Shown here: positions 1 through 10,886 of the stretch, one piece after another
Position numbering within the stretch: the first letter of the stretch is position 1
How the letters are laid out: each line of letters begins with the position of its first letter
NCBI GenBank assembly: GCA_010909165.1
Contig: VJWM01000025.1
Span: forward strand, 2,728,001 to 2,792,000
Length of the DNA stretch: 64,000 bases
Direction: 5' to 3'
Source of the DNA: Anthoceros angustus
Taxonomy: Eukaryota; Plantae; Anthocerotophyta
The notes under the pieces: model-generated
Told to the model about the DNA's origin: nothing
Databases searched by the model: none
The model's input: only the letters and a program-made list of their open reading frames with translations
Program-made: the position numbers and the translations under genes

Positions 1-423
1 TCGACAGCTTCGGGGTGGTGCTCATGGAGATCATCCGTGGGCAGCCAATATTCGCAGCGGAAGGATCAGCCCAAGCTCGCTACATTGTGCGGCGGGTGAG
101 AAACAGGCCATTCCCCTCAACTTTCCACTAAATGGAATCTGGAGCCAGTAATTTTGCGACTGCGTGTGTGGCAGGTACACAATGCCATCAAAACAGGGAG
201 AGTGCGTACACAGTGGTGGTCCCAGCTCTTGGAGAAGATTACTCCAAGGAGTCACTGTGGCGGGTAGCACAGATTGCCATGGTGTGCACAAATCCCAATG
301 GCACCGCTAGGCCTGGCATAGCCGGCCGGCTGGGTGGTGAATGAGCTGTCCAAGGCTCTTCAGGAAGACATTGCATCCCGCCACGCCCTTCTAATCAATC
401 ACCAGATAGGATATGGCATCTAA
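1..423 (+). pseudogene. 3' end of a receptor-like kinase paralogue (kinase subdomains IX-XI), frameshifted
   Basis: Aligns exon-for-exon with 4940-5300 of the downstream RLK (SFGVVLMEII / VHNAIKTGRV / ALGEDYSKESLWRVAQIAMVCT), including the intron at 96-174. Relative to that copy it has a +2 nt insertion near 210 (in-frame TAG at 265-267) and a +7 nt insertion near 321-330. The 5' part lies outside the window. Confidence 0.7.
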
Positions 424-584
424 GGTTACCTCAACCAAACCGTCCAGGGTGAACTTTCCGTCGTCGTCGTCGACACACAAGTATCCATAGCCTGTCCAGT
501 GAGCATCCGGGATGCACACTGGACATTATCCGAGATATGTGCGTGTCAGGAAGGGTATTTCTTCCCGTATTTGGATAATAAATT

Positions 585-662
585 TATATATATATATATT
601 TATGGATATGGACATGGACATGGACATGAGCTATGGCATGGATGTGGTGACGACCATGGACA
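585..662. repeat. (TA)n microsatellite followed by a degenerate (ATGGAC)n hexamer repeat
   Basis: tatatatatatatat at 585-599, then tatggatatggacatggacatggacatgag...catggat...catggac at 601-662. Confidence 0.85.
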
Positions 663-873
663 CCGAAACCTCCGCGTCCCTGCACAATGTGACTGATTCC
701 ACGAAGCGTGAAGAGGGTGGCCCCACCAGAGACAAATTGGTTACAATTAATAATAATAAAATTCCGACGCACGTGGTGGGTTGAAAGTTGTCACGCATGT
801 ACATAGCAAGTTGACCTTTGGGATCGTGCAGTGCGTCTGTGAGCGAGAGGAGAAGGCCTAGGCGGCGAGATCG

Positions 874-3563
874 ATGGGGTGGCGGTCGAGCGCCGCTGTC
901 GCTGTCTGCTTGCTGCTCGCTTGCATCTGTGTCTTCGTCCGACAGGCTTGGGCGCAGCAAGGTGAACGCCAGCTACGTAGGCAGTATGGGATAAATGCAT
1001 GAGCCGCATTCCGTGTTGTGGAGGTGCAGGAAGCACGATACTCCGACTCACTCGAAATGGCGTGCTCTGGAATGTGTGAATCGCAGAGCTTGGGAATAGG
1101 CTGTTCCTCAGCCTGGACTGCGGGGGAAGCGGAACCACCAGCTACCCGGACGCATCCGTGCCGGACCTCAGGTGGCAGGCGGACTCAAATTTCGTCCCGG
1201 GAGCCGGCAAATCGTCCGGCCTCCGAAACACCGCCACCTACGGGCTTCCCCAGCAGCTGCAGAGTGTCAGATCCTTCGCCAAGGGCTCCAAATGGTGCTA
1301 CTCCCTGCCCGTCACCCAGTACTACACCTACCTCATCCGAGCCGGATTCGTGTACGGCAATTTCGACGGCCTGCAGTCAGCCACCGTCCAGTTCCAGGTC
1401 ATTCCATCCCCTTCCTTTCCCATGAGCGCATTCCAACTTCAGCATCAGCTGCAGCTTTTCAAGCTCTGCGCTAGATCTGATTCTGGTGGGCGGGAACGTC
1501 AGATCTCTGTTAACAGCACAGTTTGGGACGACATTACCGTGGTGGGATCCAGCACCCAGGCTGCCTACTACGAGATCATCACCGCCCCAGCAGCAGCCAC
1601 CGGGAATGTGAGCGTGTGCCTCATCAGGACCGTCCCCCAGGCTCCCGGTGTCACCGACCCCTTCATCAACACGCTGGAGCTCCGCGAGATAAACAAGCTC
1701 AACTCCTACTCCAGCCTCTTCCTCCCGGAGCGGGTGCTGCTCCGGCTGGGCAGCAGAGTGAACTTCGGAGCCTTCTCCACTCTCCGGTAACCAGCAGCCC
1801 ACCAGCTGCCTCTTTCCTGCTTGTTTCCAGGCTTTGCAATGGGCGCCCAGTGCAGGCTGGGGGCTCACGGATCAGCATTCCCGCAGGTACCCGGACGACC
1901 CCATCGACAGGATATGGCCCGCGGACGCGGATGTTTTTCCGGGCCTGGGGACGACCGCCATCGCCGCACCCACAGGCTCCGTGATCAACAACACCCGCAA
2001 CATTTCGGACGCCATTCCCAATTCTGTTCTCAGCACGGCCGCCAGCGGGAGGCAGTTCACATACTCCCGCCCGATCCTGCCTGGCCAGTCCTTGTTCACT
2101 TGGGTGTACTGGGCGGAATTGAACGCATCGCTCTCCCCGTTTGACCAGTGAGTGATGGCATTCCCTGCATTTTGCAGCCATTGCACGCTTGCGACTGTCT
2201 TTTTTGTCATTCACGTTTGGCTGTGAGTGCAGGAGGGTGATTGACAGGGCGGACAATTTCGGTGATAGTTACGCGGAGAACCTCTCCAAAGACTACGGGT
2301 TGTTTGTTGCAGGTGGGAGGGGTTACCAAGACTGGAACCCAGGCGCGGCTGATGTCTACACGGTCACTCTGACCAGGGATGCCCTTTCCACCCAGGATGC
2401 CATAGCCAATGCGGACGAGCTTTACTACGTTCTGCAGGAGCAGAATGGGACCAAGGCCGTGGAAGGTAAGGGTGACTTCAGCAGGTGGAGGACAATGTGT
2501 AGGAGAATAGGAAGGCAGTGTTTTCAACCTGTGTGTTTCTGACGGTGTGCAGCTCTTGTGATGCAGTGCAGGCACTGAATGCCTTGAAGTCGCAGTACGG
2601 TCTTTTGGGCTGGATGGGAGATCCCTGCCAACCCGTTCCTTGGGAAGGGCTCAAATGTGAGCCAGATCCTGGCAGTCCAGATCTGAGTCAGGTCATCTCC
2701 TTGTAAGTGCACACTACGACTGTGCTTCTGTGGTTGGAGCCTCTAGGGGAAGTAATTGAATTCCAGCTTTGTCAATGATTCCTGCTCGTTTGAAAGATTT
2801 ACTACTGTCGTGCCTGCAGAGATCTGTCGGGGAACAATCTTACGGGTACTATTCCTGCGGACAGCATAACCGCGCTTTCTGCTTTGCAAACCCTGTGAGT
2901 GGCCTTGCAGTATGTCTTGGTTACCGTCACCTGTGTAGTCAAACCTGTCAGTTGTGGAGTTAGGATGTGAACTCACCTACTTGCCACTTTCAGAATTTTG
3001 AGGAACAACAGCTTTTCAGGAACCATACCGCCTACTTTGGCCACCCTCACCTCCTTGACTACACTGTAAGTGTGGGAATTCACGGAGCTGTTTGGACACT
3101 GATTCCTGTTGTGCCAAATGTTTCAACCAGTCTTCACTTACTTGGACTTTTGGGACATGCAGGGATTTGGCAGGAAATCAGCTGGCTGGCTCCCTGGCAC
3201 AGTGGATGCAGACACTTTCTGTATTGTGAGGATCTGAGAACCTTCGTCCAGAGCTGAGTGTGCATCCAAGTGCTGGATCATGGTACGTCTAGGCGCCCTT
3301 TAACCATATGCTGGAATGGGTTTGCAGGGATGTGTCGGACAATCTGCTGAATGGAACTTTTCCATCAGCGCTTCTCAAACTGGGCTCAAACTTCAGGTTC
3401 TCTTCATGTTTTTGGTATCATGCTGCAAGCTCTAATGTTATCTGCAAGCCTGAGATAACCTGCAGCATTCGATGTGCTGCTGCAGGTATACTGGGAATCC
3501 AGGCCTGACATGTTTGGCAACCAGCAACGTTTTGTGCCCTGTAATAATACCTCCGGTCCCAGC

Positions 3564-3594
<31 letters not shown>

Positions 3595-5442
3595 CCTGCA
3601 CTAAGCAACAACAAGAGTAGTGTCTCCATTGGCCCTATAGTGGGTGCCGTTGTGGGTGTCCTTGTTATCCTGGTGTGCATTATTGCTGGAGTAGCCATCT
3701 GCTGGACGAGACGTCATCGCAAACCTCAGGGTACTGCTGTCGAGGGGATTTCAGCGCACGGTACTTATCGACCTAGGGAGCAACAAGGCTATCTCCTGTC
3801 AACATGGTTCTCTCGCAGAGAGAGCCTTTGTCAGCTTTCCACTGACAAGAAGATGGGCTATGGATTGCAGGTGCAGGTGCAGGTGCAGCTGCTGCTGCAG
3901 GTGCAGGTGCAGGTGCAGCTGCAGCTGCAGCTGCTGCTGCAGGTGCAGGTGCAGCTGCAGCTGCTGCTGCAGGTGCAGGTGGTCAACTGGGTTCTACTAA
4001 GCCTCACGGGAAGGAAGCAGCCGTGCTCACTCGAGAAGCTGTCAGAATTGCCACAAGAAACTATGCGCAGAAGATCCAGAATCGTGAAAATCTTTTCTAC
4101 GGCCAGTTCCAAAATCAGGAAGTGGCAGTCAAAATTCTGCCAGCAACGTTTGGTGAACAATCGTCTTCTCAGTTCTTCCGCCAGGTAGGATACCATGTGA
4201 TCTTCCTACTTCCCTGTTTCCTCGACCTAGGCTGGACTGTCTGAGCTGGTGTGTGGATCAGGTTGAACTCCTCTCCACAATGCACCATAGGAACCTGGTT
4301 CCTCTGGTTGGATATTGCCAGGATCCGCCAAATCTTATCATTCTCTACGAATACATGCCTGGAGGAGACCTAAGCCAGCGCCTATATGGTCTGTACGAGT
4401 GTGTCCCTCTTTACAGTTCCCTCGGTGAGAAGGACACAGCATGAGGTCTACTAACACACGATTGTGATCGTCTGCTTGTCTAGGTGACACGGCTTCACCT
4501 CCTCTGAACTGGCAACAAAGATTGAACATTGCTTGCGATGCAGCCAAAGGTAAAGGCACTTGTTGCGAAGTCTGTATGTTGTCTTCTCGGCTTGTGAACT
4601 TGCAGTGACCTTGCCACTCTTGCAGGACTGGAGTACCTTCACGAGGGCTGTGACCCGGGAGTATTGCACAGAGACGTCAAGACGAGTCACATCCTTCTCA
4701 ACAGGAGCCTGGGGGCTAAGTTGACAGATTTCGGCCTGTCGAAGGAGATCGAAGGTGACAACCAGAAAGTGACCAAGGTGCAAGCGAGTGCTGGCTACCT
4801 GGATCCGGAGTATGTCACGCTCTTCTCAACAACCAAAACTGGCAACTCCTAGATTGCCCAACTTTGGGTTCTCATAACATGTGATGTCCTTGATGACAGA
4901 TATAACTCGACGGGGATTTTCACCGACAAGAGTGACATCTACAGCCTGGGAGTGGTGCTCATGGAGATCATATCTGGTCAGCCAGTATATGCACCGAAAG
5001 GATCAGTCCAAGATCGCTACATTGTGTCGCGGGTGAGAAACTGGCCATTTCCCTCAACTTTCCACTGAAAAGAATTTGGAGGATAGTAACCTTGCGACTG
5101 CATCTGTATCAGGTACACAATGCGATGAGGACAGGGAGTGTGACTACAGTGGTGGATCCAGCTCTAGGAGAAGATTACTCGAGGGAGGCACTGTGGCAGG
5201 TGGCACAAGTTGCCATGTTGTGCACACATGCGAACGGCACCGCCAGGCCCAGCATCAGCTGGGTGGTGAGTGAGCTCTCGAGGGCCCTTGAGGAAGACAG
5301 AATGTACCAGCCCACCTCCTTCAACTCGGGAGGTGGGAGCAGCAACCCTCGTGTAGGTCATCCACACCCTTCTGCCTCCACTGGCTCGAACCACTCCAGT
5401 GGTACGAATTACAGTTCTTCGGCTCAGCCCTTGTCCAGGTGA
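874..5442 (+). CDS. Malectin-like domain + LRR receptor-like kinase (IOS1/LRR-I-like architecture), multi-exon; kinase domain atypical
   Basis: ATG 874 gives a signal peptide (MGWRSSAAVAVCLLLACICVFVRQAWAQ). Exon 1087-1397 FLSLDCG...CYSLPV...YLIRAGFVYGNFDG; 1503-1786 ...VSVCLIRT...PFINTLELR; 1887- RYPDDPIDRIW (malectin-like). W-x-GDPC LRRNT at about 2610; four short LRR exons (DLSGNNLTGTIP, NLRNNSFSGTIP, DLAGNQLAGSL, DVSDNLLNGTFP); poly-Pro stalk; TM IGPIVGAVVGVLVILVCIIAGVAICW; kinase motifs VAVK, HRNLVPLVGYC, HRD, DFG, GYLDPEY. Stop TGA 5440-5442. Confidence 0.93.
3571..3594 (+). repeat. (CCA)n coding repeat, poly-proline extracellular stalk of the RLK
   Basis: ccaccaccaccaccaccaccacca encodes PPPPPPPP within PVPAPAPPPPPPPPPA, just before the TM helix. 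Confidence 0.9.
3866..3982 (+). repeat. GCAGGT/GCAGCT/GCT tandem coding repeat, Ala/Gly-rich intracellular juxtamembrane linker
   Basis: After a phase-1 intron (donor about 3760, first acceptor ttgcag at 3870) the frame reads GAGAGAAAAGAGAG...GAGGQLGSTKPHGKEAAVLTREAVRIAT, continuous with the kinase frame (ORF 4023). Confidence 0.85.
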
Positions 5443-6081
5443 AACCGTTTCTTCATCGCCGGCAGTTTCCTCGTCCTCCTTGTAGTCAGCTTCTCATCCA
5501 TCCACAACAAGTTCCGTGGGTGTTAGCCCTTTGTCATGCTGATTCACATCAGCACACACCTGCTCTGCTTCGTCCTCTGAGGGTCCAGGGTCAGGAGCTA
5601 TGTGTGCTGCCATTCACCCATTACTCGATTCGTGTGGGCCATTCCCAAGTGAGACTGAGGGAATTATTCAGATGTGTTTTAAATTCAATCCCATTGGATG
5701 AGGTGGACATTTATAATGATACGAAATAAATTTTTATGAATTTCATAAGTGTCAGAGTTTGGTTAAGAACTTGCAACTCTCACAATTCCCCTAATTAGTC
5801 TCACAACCACTTCCTGCCATAAGATTCTTGTTTCCTGTCTATCAGATTGAGTTTAATAGGTATCCAGATGCACCATACATTATACATGGCTGGCCTTTGA
5901 TATGAACAGCCCGGGGCCGGAAGAGAGCTTTTCCATGCTGATTGATATGCTTGGTGACAGCTTTGACGATGCTTGAGCTGTTGGCTTCCATGTTTCTCGT
6001 TACAAAGAATGTAATGCATCTATGAACGAACGGGTTTCTTTCAGACCTTGCCGATTTTTTGTAGCGTACCTCATTTGCCAC

Positions 6082-9000
6082 TTATACTGTGTACGATTGT
6101 TGGATAGTGCTGATGTCCAGGCCCTTCAATCGAACGACCGATTCCACATGCCCTTTCAAGGTGTGGAGTTCCCGTAATCTGAACACACGGAAAGAAATGG
6201 CTCTCAGAACATGTTTAAACGGCTGGTTAGCTTTGCCCACCTTCGCATGAGATGATTGATGAGTCAATTCTCTTACCTTGCAATTTCAGCCCTCCTCTTG
6301 GCTTGTTCAGCCATTTCCGTCAGCTCCTTGTAACTACTTCTCTCGTGGACTTTCAACTCCGTGCTCGGAGGCTGCAGTCCATGCAACGTTCGCTGTGCTT
6401 GGGCCCAGGCCACTTCTCGAGCTTCCTTGCCGAAATCCTTCTGCCTTGTGAAGGCAGTCTGTTGAAAATCATGAGGAGAATGAGACGAGGGTTCACATTC
6501 CGGCCAGGAAGAGGAGATAAAAAAAACCAGATTTCGTAAGGGTGGATGCGTCTTACCCTCTGCTCAAGCATCAAGTCCCATGCCCTGCCACTCAGAACGT
6601 ATCGAATGGTGAACTTGATAAGATCCAGAGGCAGGTAGAAGACGAGGCTGTATAGCCATATAACTCCAGCCCAGCCCCAGCCAATCCCGTGCATTCCGCA
6701 GAACTTCCAGTCGGCATAGACTGCTATCAAGGTGGCAATCTGCAAAGTAGAGGAACATTAGGTCTCTTGTATCCAGTATACATACAGGACGAATGCAGTT
6801 CTGTTGGAAGCGACTGTGACAATTACCAGCTGGGCGATTGTGAAGGCTAACACGAGGAGGAAGCCAGGCCGCTCTAAAAATGACCAGCCGTGTGATCGGG
6901 TGACGAAGATGAGAGCCTGGCTCACGATGCTCACTTGAAGATACACAGCTGCCACTTCCTGCTCGTGGACCTCCCGGATTTTATGAACATGGAACGTGTT
7001 CTGCAGCAGACTTGCTCTTCGTGAGACAACGACTGTGGTAGCAAGTCCAACCAAGTGAGTAGAGCAGGCGGGAGAAGGATGCTCACAACGAAGAAGTCGG
7101 TGCCGTGAATGAGATGGAAGAAGATAACTGTCATGAGAGCCAGGTACGATCCAGTGACAATTCCGGAAGCAAAGATTTCTTGCAGTTTCCAACTGTCGGG
7201 CAGGGGTGAAGGCTTCACACGGTCCTTGGAGATGGTCATAATGGTACCTGCCACATCATTGGGTGGCGGACATGGTCACATCTTCTTCTCCGTCTTCAGA
7301 ACTCACAGCATGCACCAGCACTCTCAGGAGAATCCACTAACCGTCGTTTAGAATGGCGATGATGAGCACCATGAATGGAGGAAAATCGAATTTCCAGATT
7401 AACGCCAGCAGCAGGAAGCCAAACTGTTCAGAAGAGGAGAGTCAGATTTCTTCATAACGTGCCACTGCAAGATACTCAGGTTTCTGCCTGTTTGTGTGCT
7501 GCATCCAGATTGGAGTAGGAAGCGTACCACAATACGGATGGTGATGGAAACGGCATAAATCTGTTCAGTTCACAAGACACGTGGTTAAGGTGGGGATGCT
7601 CATACATGAAGGTTAGACTACGAGATGCGGACAGTTTTCTTGCGCAAAGCAGACATACAGTGTAGTTTTTCATTCGCTGGAAAATGGCACGGCTAGTGAG
7701 CACAGCGCTGATGATGACACTGAGACCTGGCTCGGTAAGCACAATATCTGAGGCACTTCTGGCTGCATCTGTGGCGTCTGCTACTGCAATGCCAATGTCG
7801 GCCTTCTTCAGAGCCGGGGCATCGTTTACACCATCACCCGTCATCCCACATATATGCTTCTTCGCTTGCAGCCGTTTTACAATCTCGTACTTGTGCTCTG
7901 CACAGGGAAAAACAGGAAATGTTGGTTCCTGAGCCTGACATCGTCTTACATTCCATCATCTGGAACAGGGCCCAAACTGTTACCTGGGAAAACTCCTGCA
8001 AAGCCATCGGCTTTCTCGATAAGCTCATCAATCGGCAGAGCAGCGATAGCTTCATCTTTATCCTGACCCAGTAACGATGACGAAGGGTACATATTCGTGC
8101 CCATCCCAAGACGTCGGCCTGTCTCCTTGGCTATGGCTAGTTGATCCCCTGCTCGCATCCAGCTCAAGCACATGAGTCCATCGTTTCGCAAAAAGTAGCC
8201 TGATGAAAATCGTCATGGCACTTTCAAGGTCACGCACCTGTGATCATCTTCACGTTCACACCCAAGTCCAGAGCTCGTCGAATGGTTTCGGCACTGTCAT
8301 GCCGAGGAGGATCAAACAGTGGCAGCAAGCCACAAAATTCCCACGGGCCTCCAGGAGCATCTTTGCTTCCTTCAGGAACTTGCTGCATTTCAAGCGGGAA
8401 ATTGGTGAGATCGAACTCGGCTCAGGAGCTTCTCAAGCTAAACCAGTTGAGCATCTGAATTGCTAACCTGTCTCGCAACAGCCAGTGATCGAAGTCCCCT
8501 CTCCGCGAACTTGTCAATGACGGAATGAACTCTTTTCGCAATCTCACCTTTGTTACTTGCAAGTTCAAGAATCTGTGGGAGCGCATACAGGAAGTCATAT
8601 TGAGCCCTACAGGCAATGGACTCACAGAGGGGCCAACAAATTGAGGTACCTGCTCGGGTGCCCCTTTGCTGGCACGATGCATCCTCCCTTCAGAGTCTAT
8701 GTATGTCAAGGCTGTGCGTTTGTCTGTTGGATTGAAAGGAAGAAAATGAACTTCCTGAATTCCTGCACGCGCCTTCAGTACCACACAACCCAAATAGCCG
8801 TTTGTCAGGGGCATGAGGCCTGCAAGTATAAGCAACAGTGACCTCGGCGAAGGCTGCCTAGAAGATGTTGCGCAACAACAGTCATGACAATACCTCTTTG
8901 GGGTCCGCAAGCATTCCCACTATAGCTGTGTCAATTGCATCTTGGTTCTCCAGTCGAGAGGCTCTTGCAGCCAGCAGAATAATCGTATCTTTGTCGACTC

Positions 9001-10886
9001 CTTTGGAGAATGTCTACAAATCCACAGAAGGCAAGGCTGATTAAGAGGTCGAAGTCCCCTCTGCGACGAGAGCTATTATTTGTGATCGGTAAAGCAGAAA
9101 AGCACCTCGATCAGGTTTTTATCAACACCGAGCTTGTTGAGCGTAAGAGTTCCTGTTTTATCGCTACATAGTACATCCATCCCGGCCATCTCCTCAATGG
9201 CGGTCATTCTTTTCGTAATAGCACCCTGCAGTGACAAAGGTCTTGCGATAAGGCTGTGGTCACATGCTGCAGAGTAAAGAACAGCCAAAGGGGGATGACA
9301 AAGTAGAGTACAGACTGGTACTTACTTGTTGTGCGAGCCTGTGTGAGCCAATGGCCATCGTCACCGACAGGACAGTGGGCATGGCAATGGGAATCCCACC
9401 AATGAGGAGGACGAGCAGGTTATCAATACCAACTCGGTAGTTTCGGTGTTGAATTGGATACATGACAATGATCTCAATCAACATGCCAATTGCAATGGTG
9501 CAACAGCAAAAGTTTCCAATTGCTGTGAGGACCTGGCAATCAGAAGGCAGAGGAGCTCAGATCTGCGGTCCCACTTCAGATCCCTGATGAGCATGTCGTC
9601 TTCCAGTTGGGTTGCAGAAGTACCTTCTGGAAGTGACCGACTTGATTGGTGGTATCCACCAGATGTGCAGCTTTGCCGAAAAAGCTGTGAACACCAGTGG
9701 CAATCACAACCGCCTCGATCTCTCCTTGTTTGCATGTGGAACCGGAGTAGACACCATCACCTGGATTCTTCGTGACCGGCAAAGACTCACCTGTGAGGGC
9801 GGACTGCCATCGTGCAAGCAGGGAGTGAGACACAACTCTTCATCAACCATCAACGACAAAACACAGAAACACCAGACGAATTTCTGGGCCGCAAAATGAG
9901 CTCACCTGATCAATCTTAAGGGGATCCCCGTCCAAAAGACGGGCATCAGCAGGAATAATGTCGCCAAGTTTGATGCTAATAATATCTCCAGGAACGAGGA
10001 TCTGAGCATCTTGCTCAGCCCATTGACCGTCTCGAAGCACCTGTGTTGGCAGTCGCAAGCAACAAGAATGAATGAACCCCCGAAACAAGTGCCCATCACA
10101 GAACACAGAACAAGTGTCTAAAAGGTCGTATGCTGCTGCACAGAAACACGAACCTTCGTTTTCGGAGCAAGCCTGGCCATCAAAGCAGCAGCCGCATTGC
10201 CAGCATTGTTCTCCTCTACAAAACTAATAGTCGAGTTGATCACCAACAAGACGATAATTCCGATAAAGTCTTGCCAATCCGGAGGCCGATTCTGCGCAAC
10301 GCAGAAGCATCATGTCAGCGCATTTCACGCAACGATCCCTCTCCAACAAAACCGAACGCAAACAAACGCAAGGCCAAGCAATTACGTCTCCATTAGCTAG
10401 GGCGATAGCCATGATCGCAGCCGCCTCCATGACCCACGACAAGGGGTTCCACATAAACCCAAGAAACTTCAAAATTTTACTCTCCTGCAGCAACCCACGC
10501 ACCACTCCCCCTCCTCAGCCAGCGACAACCTCCAAAACTCCCAACTCCAAAAAACCACCCAAAATTGCCATCTCCCACTCACCGTGACTTCCTCCAATTT
10601 GTTGTACCCAAAAACTCTAAGCCGCTCCTCTCCTTCCTCAGTCGTGAGCCCTTCTGGGGTGCACTTCAATTGCTGGAACACCTCTTCCACCGGAATACAC
10701 TCCTACTCACGCAGCAACCAAAACGCCTCAATCGTCCCCCAATCAACGACCTTCCTTCCTATTTCACCCATCGCCTTCAGACCTCAATTCCAGAATGAAA
10801 CTCACCAGATCAACCATCTCCTGGTTGACAGCTCGGAGACTATCCAGCTTATCGTCCTGCTTCCCGCCATGACTGTGGGCGTCCAT
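6082..10886 (-). CDS. AHA: Plasma-membrane P3A H+-ATPase, multi-exon, penultimate-Thr (pT) type
   Basis: ATG 10886 [27 protein letters not shown]; [18 protein letters not shown]; SALTGESLP; phosphorylation motif CSDKTGTLT; KGAPEQ; [22 protein letters not shown]; C-terminus [31 protein letters not shown]. Exons join at canonical GT-AG sites. Confidence 0.98.

Noticed and set aside
499-784. His-rich or MD-repeat small proteins (ORFs 499-696, 512-784, 584-772)
   Set aside because: They are translations of the TA and ATGGAC simple repeats, with no other coding signal.
3472-4196. Poly-(QV) protein in ORF 3472-4188 and Cys/Ser-rich antisense ORF 3858-4196
   Set aside because: These are alternative frames of the GCAGGT repeat. 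Splice phase puts the real exon in the Ala/Gly frame that continues into the kinase.
8488-9075. Shared ~15-mer (tcgaagtcccctct) in an AHA exon and a nearby intron
   Set aside because: A single short match that is compatible with chance or trivial local duplication.
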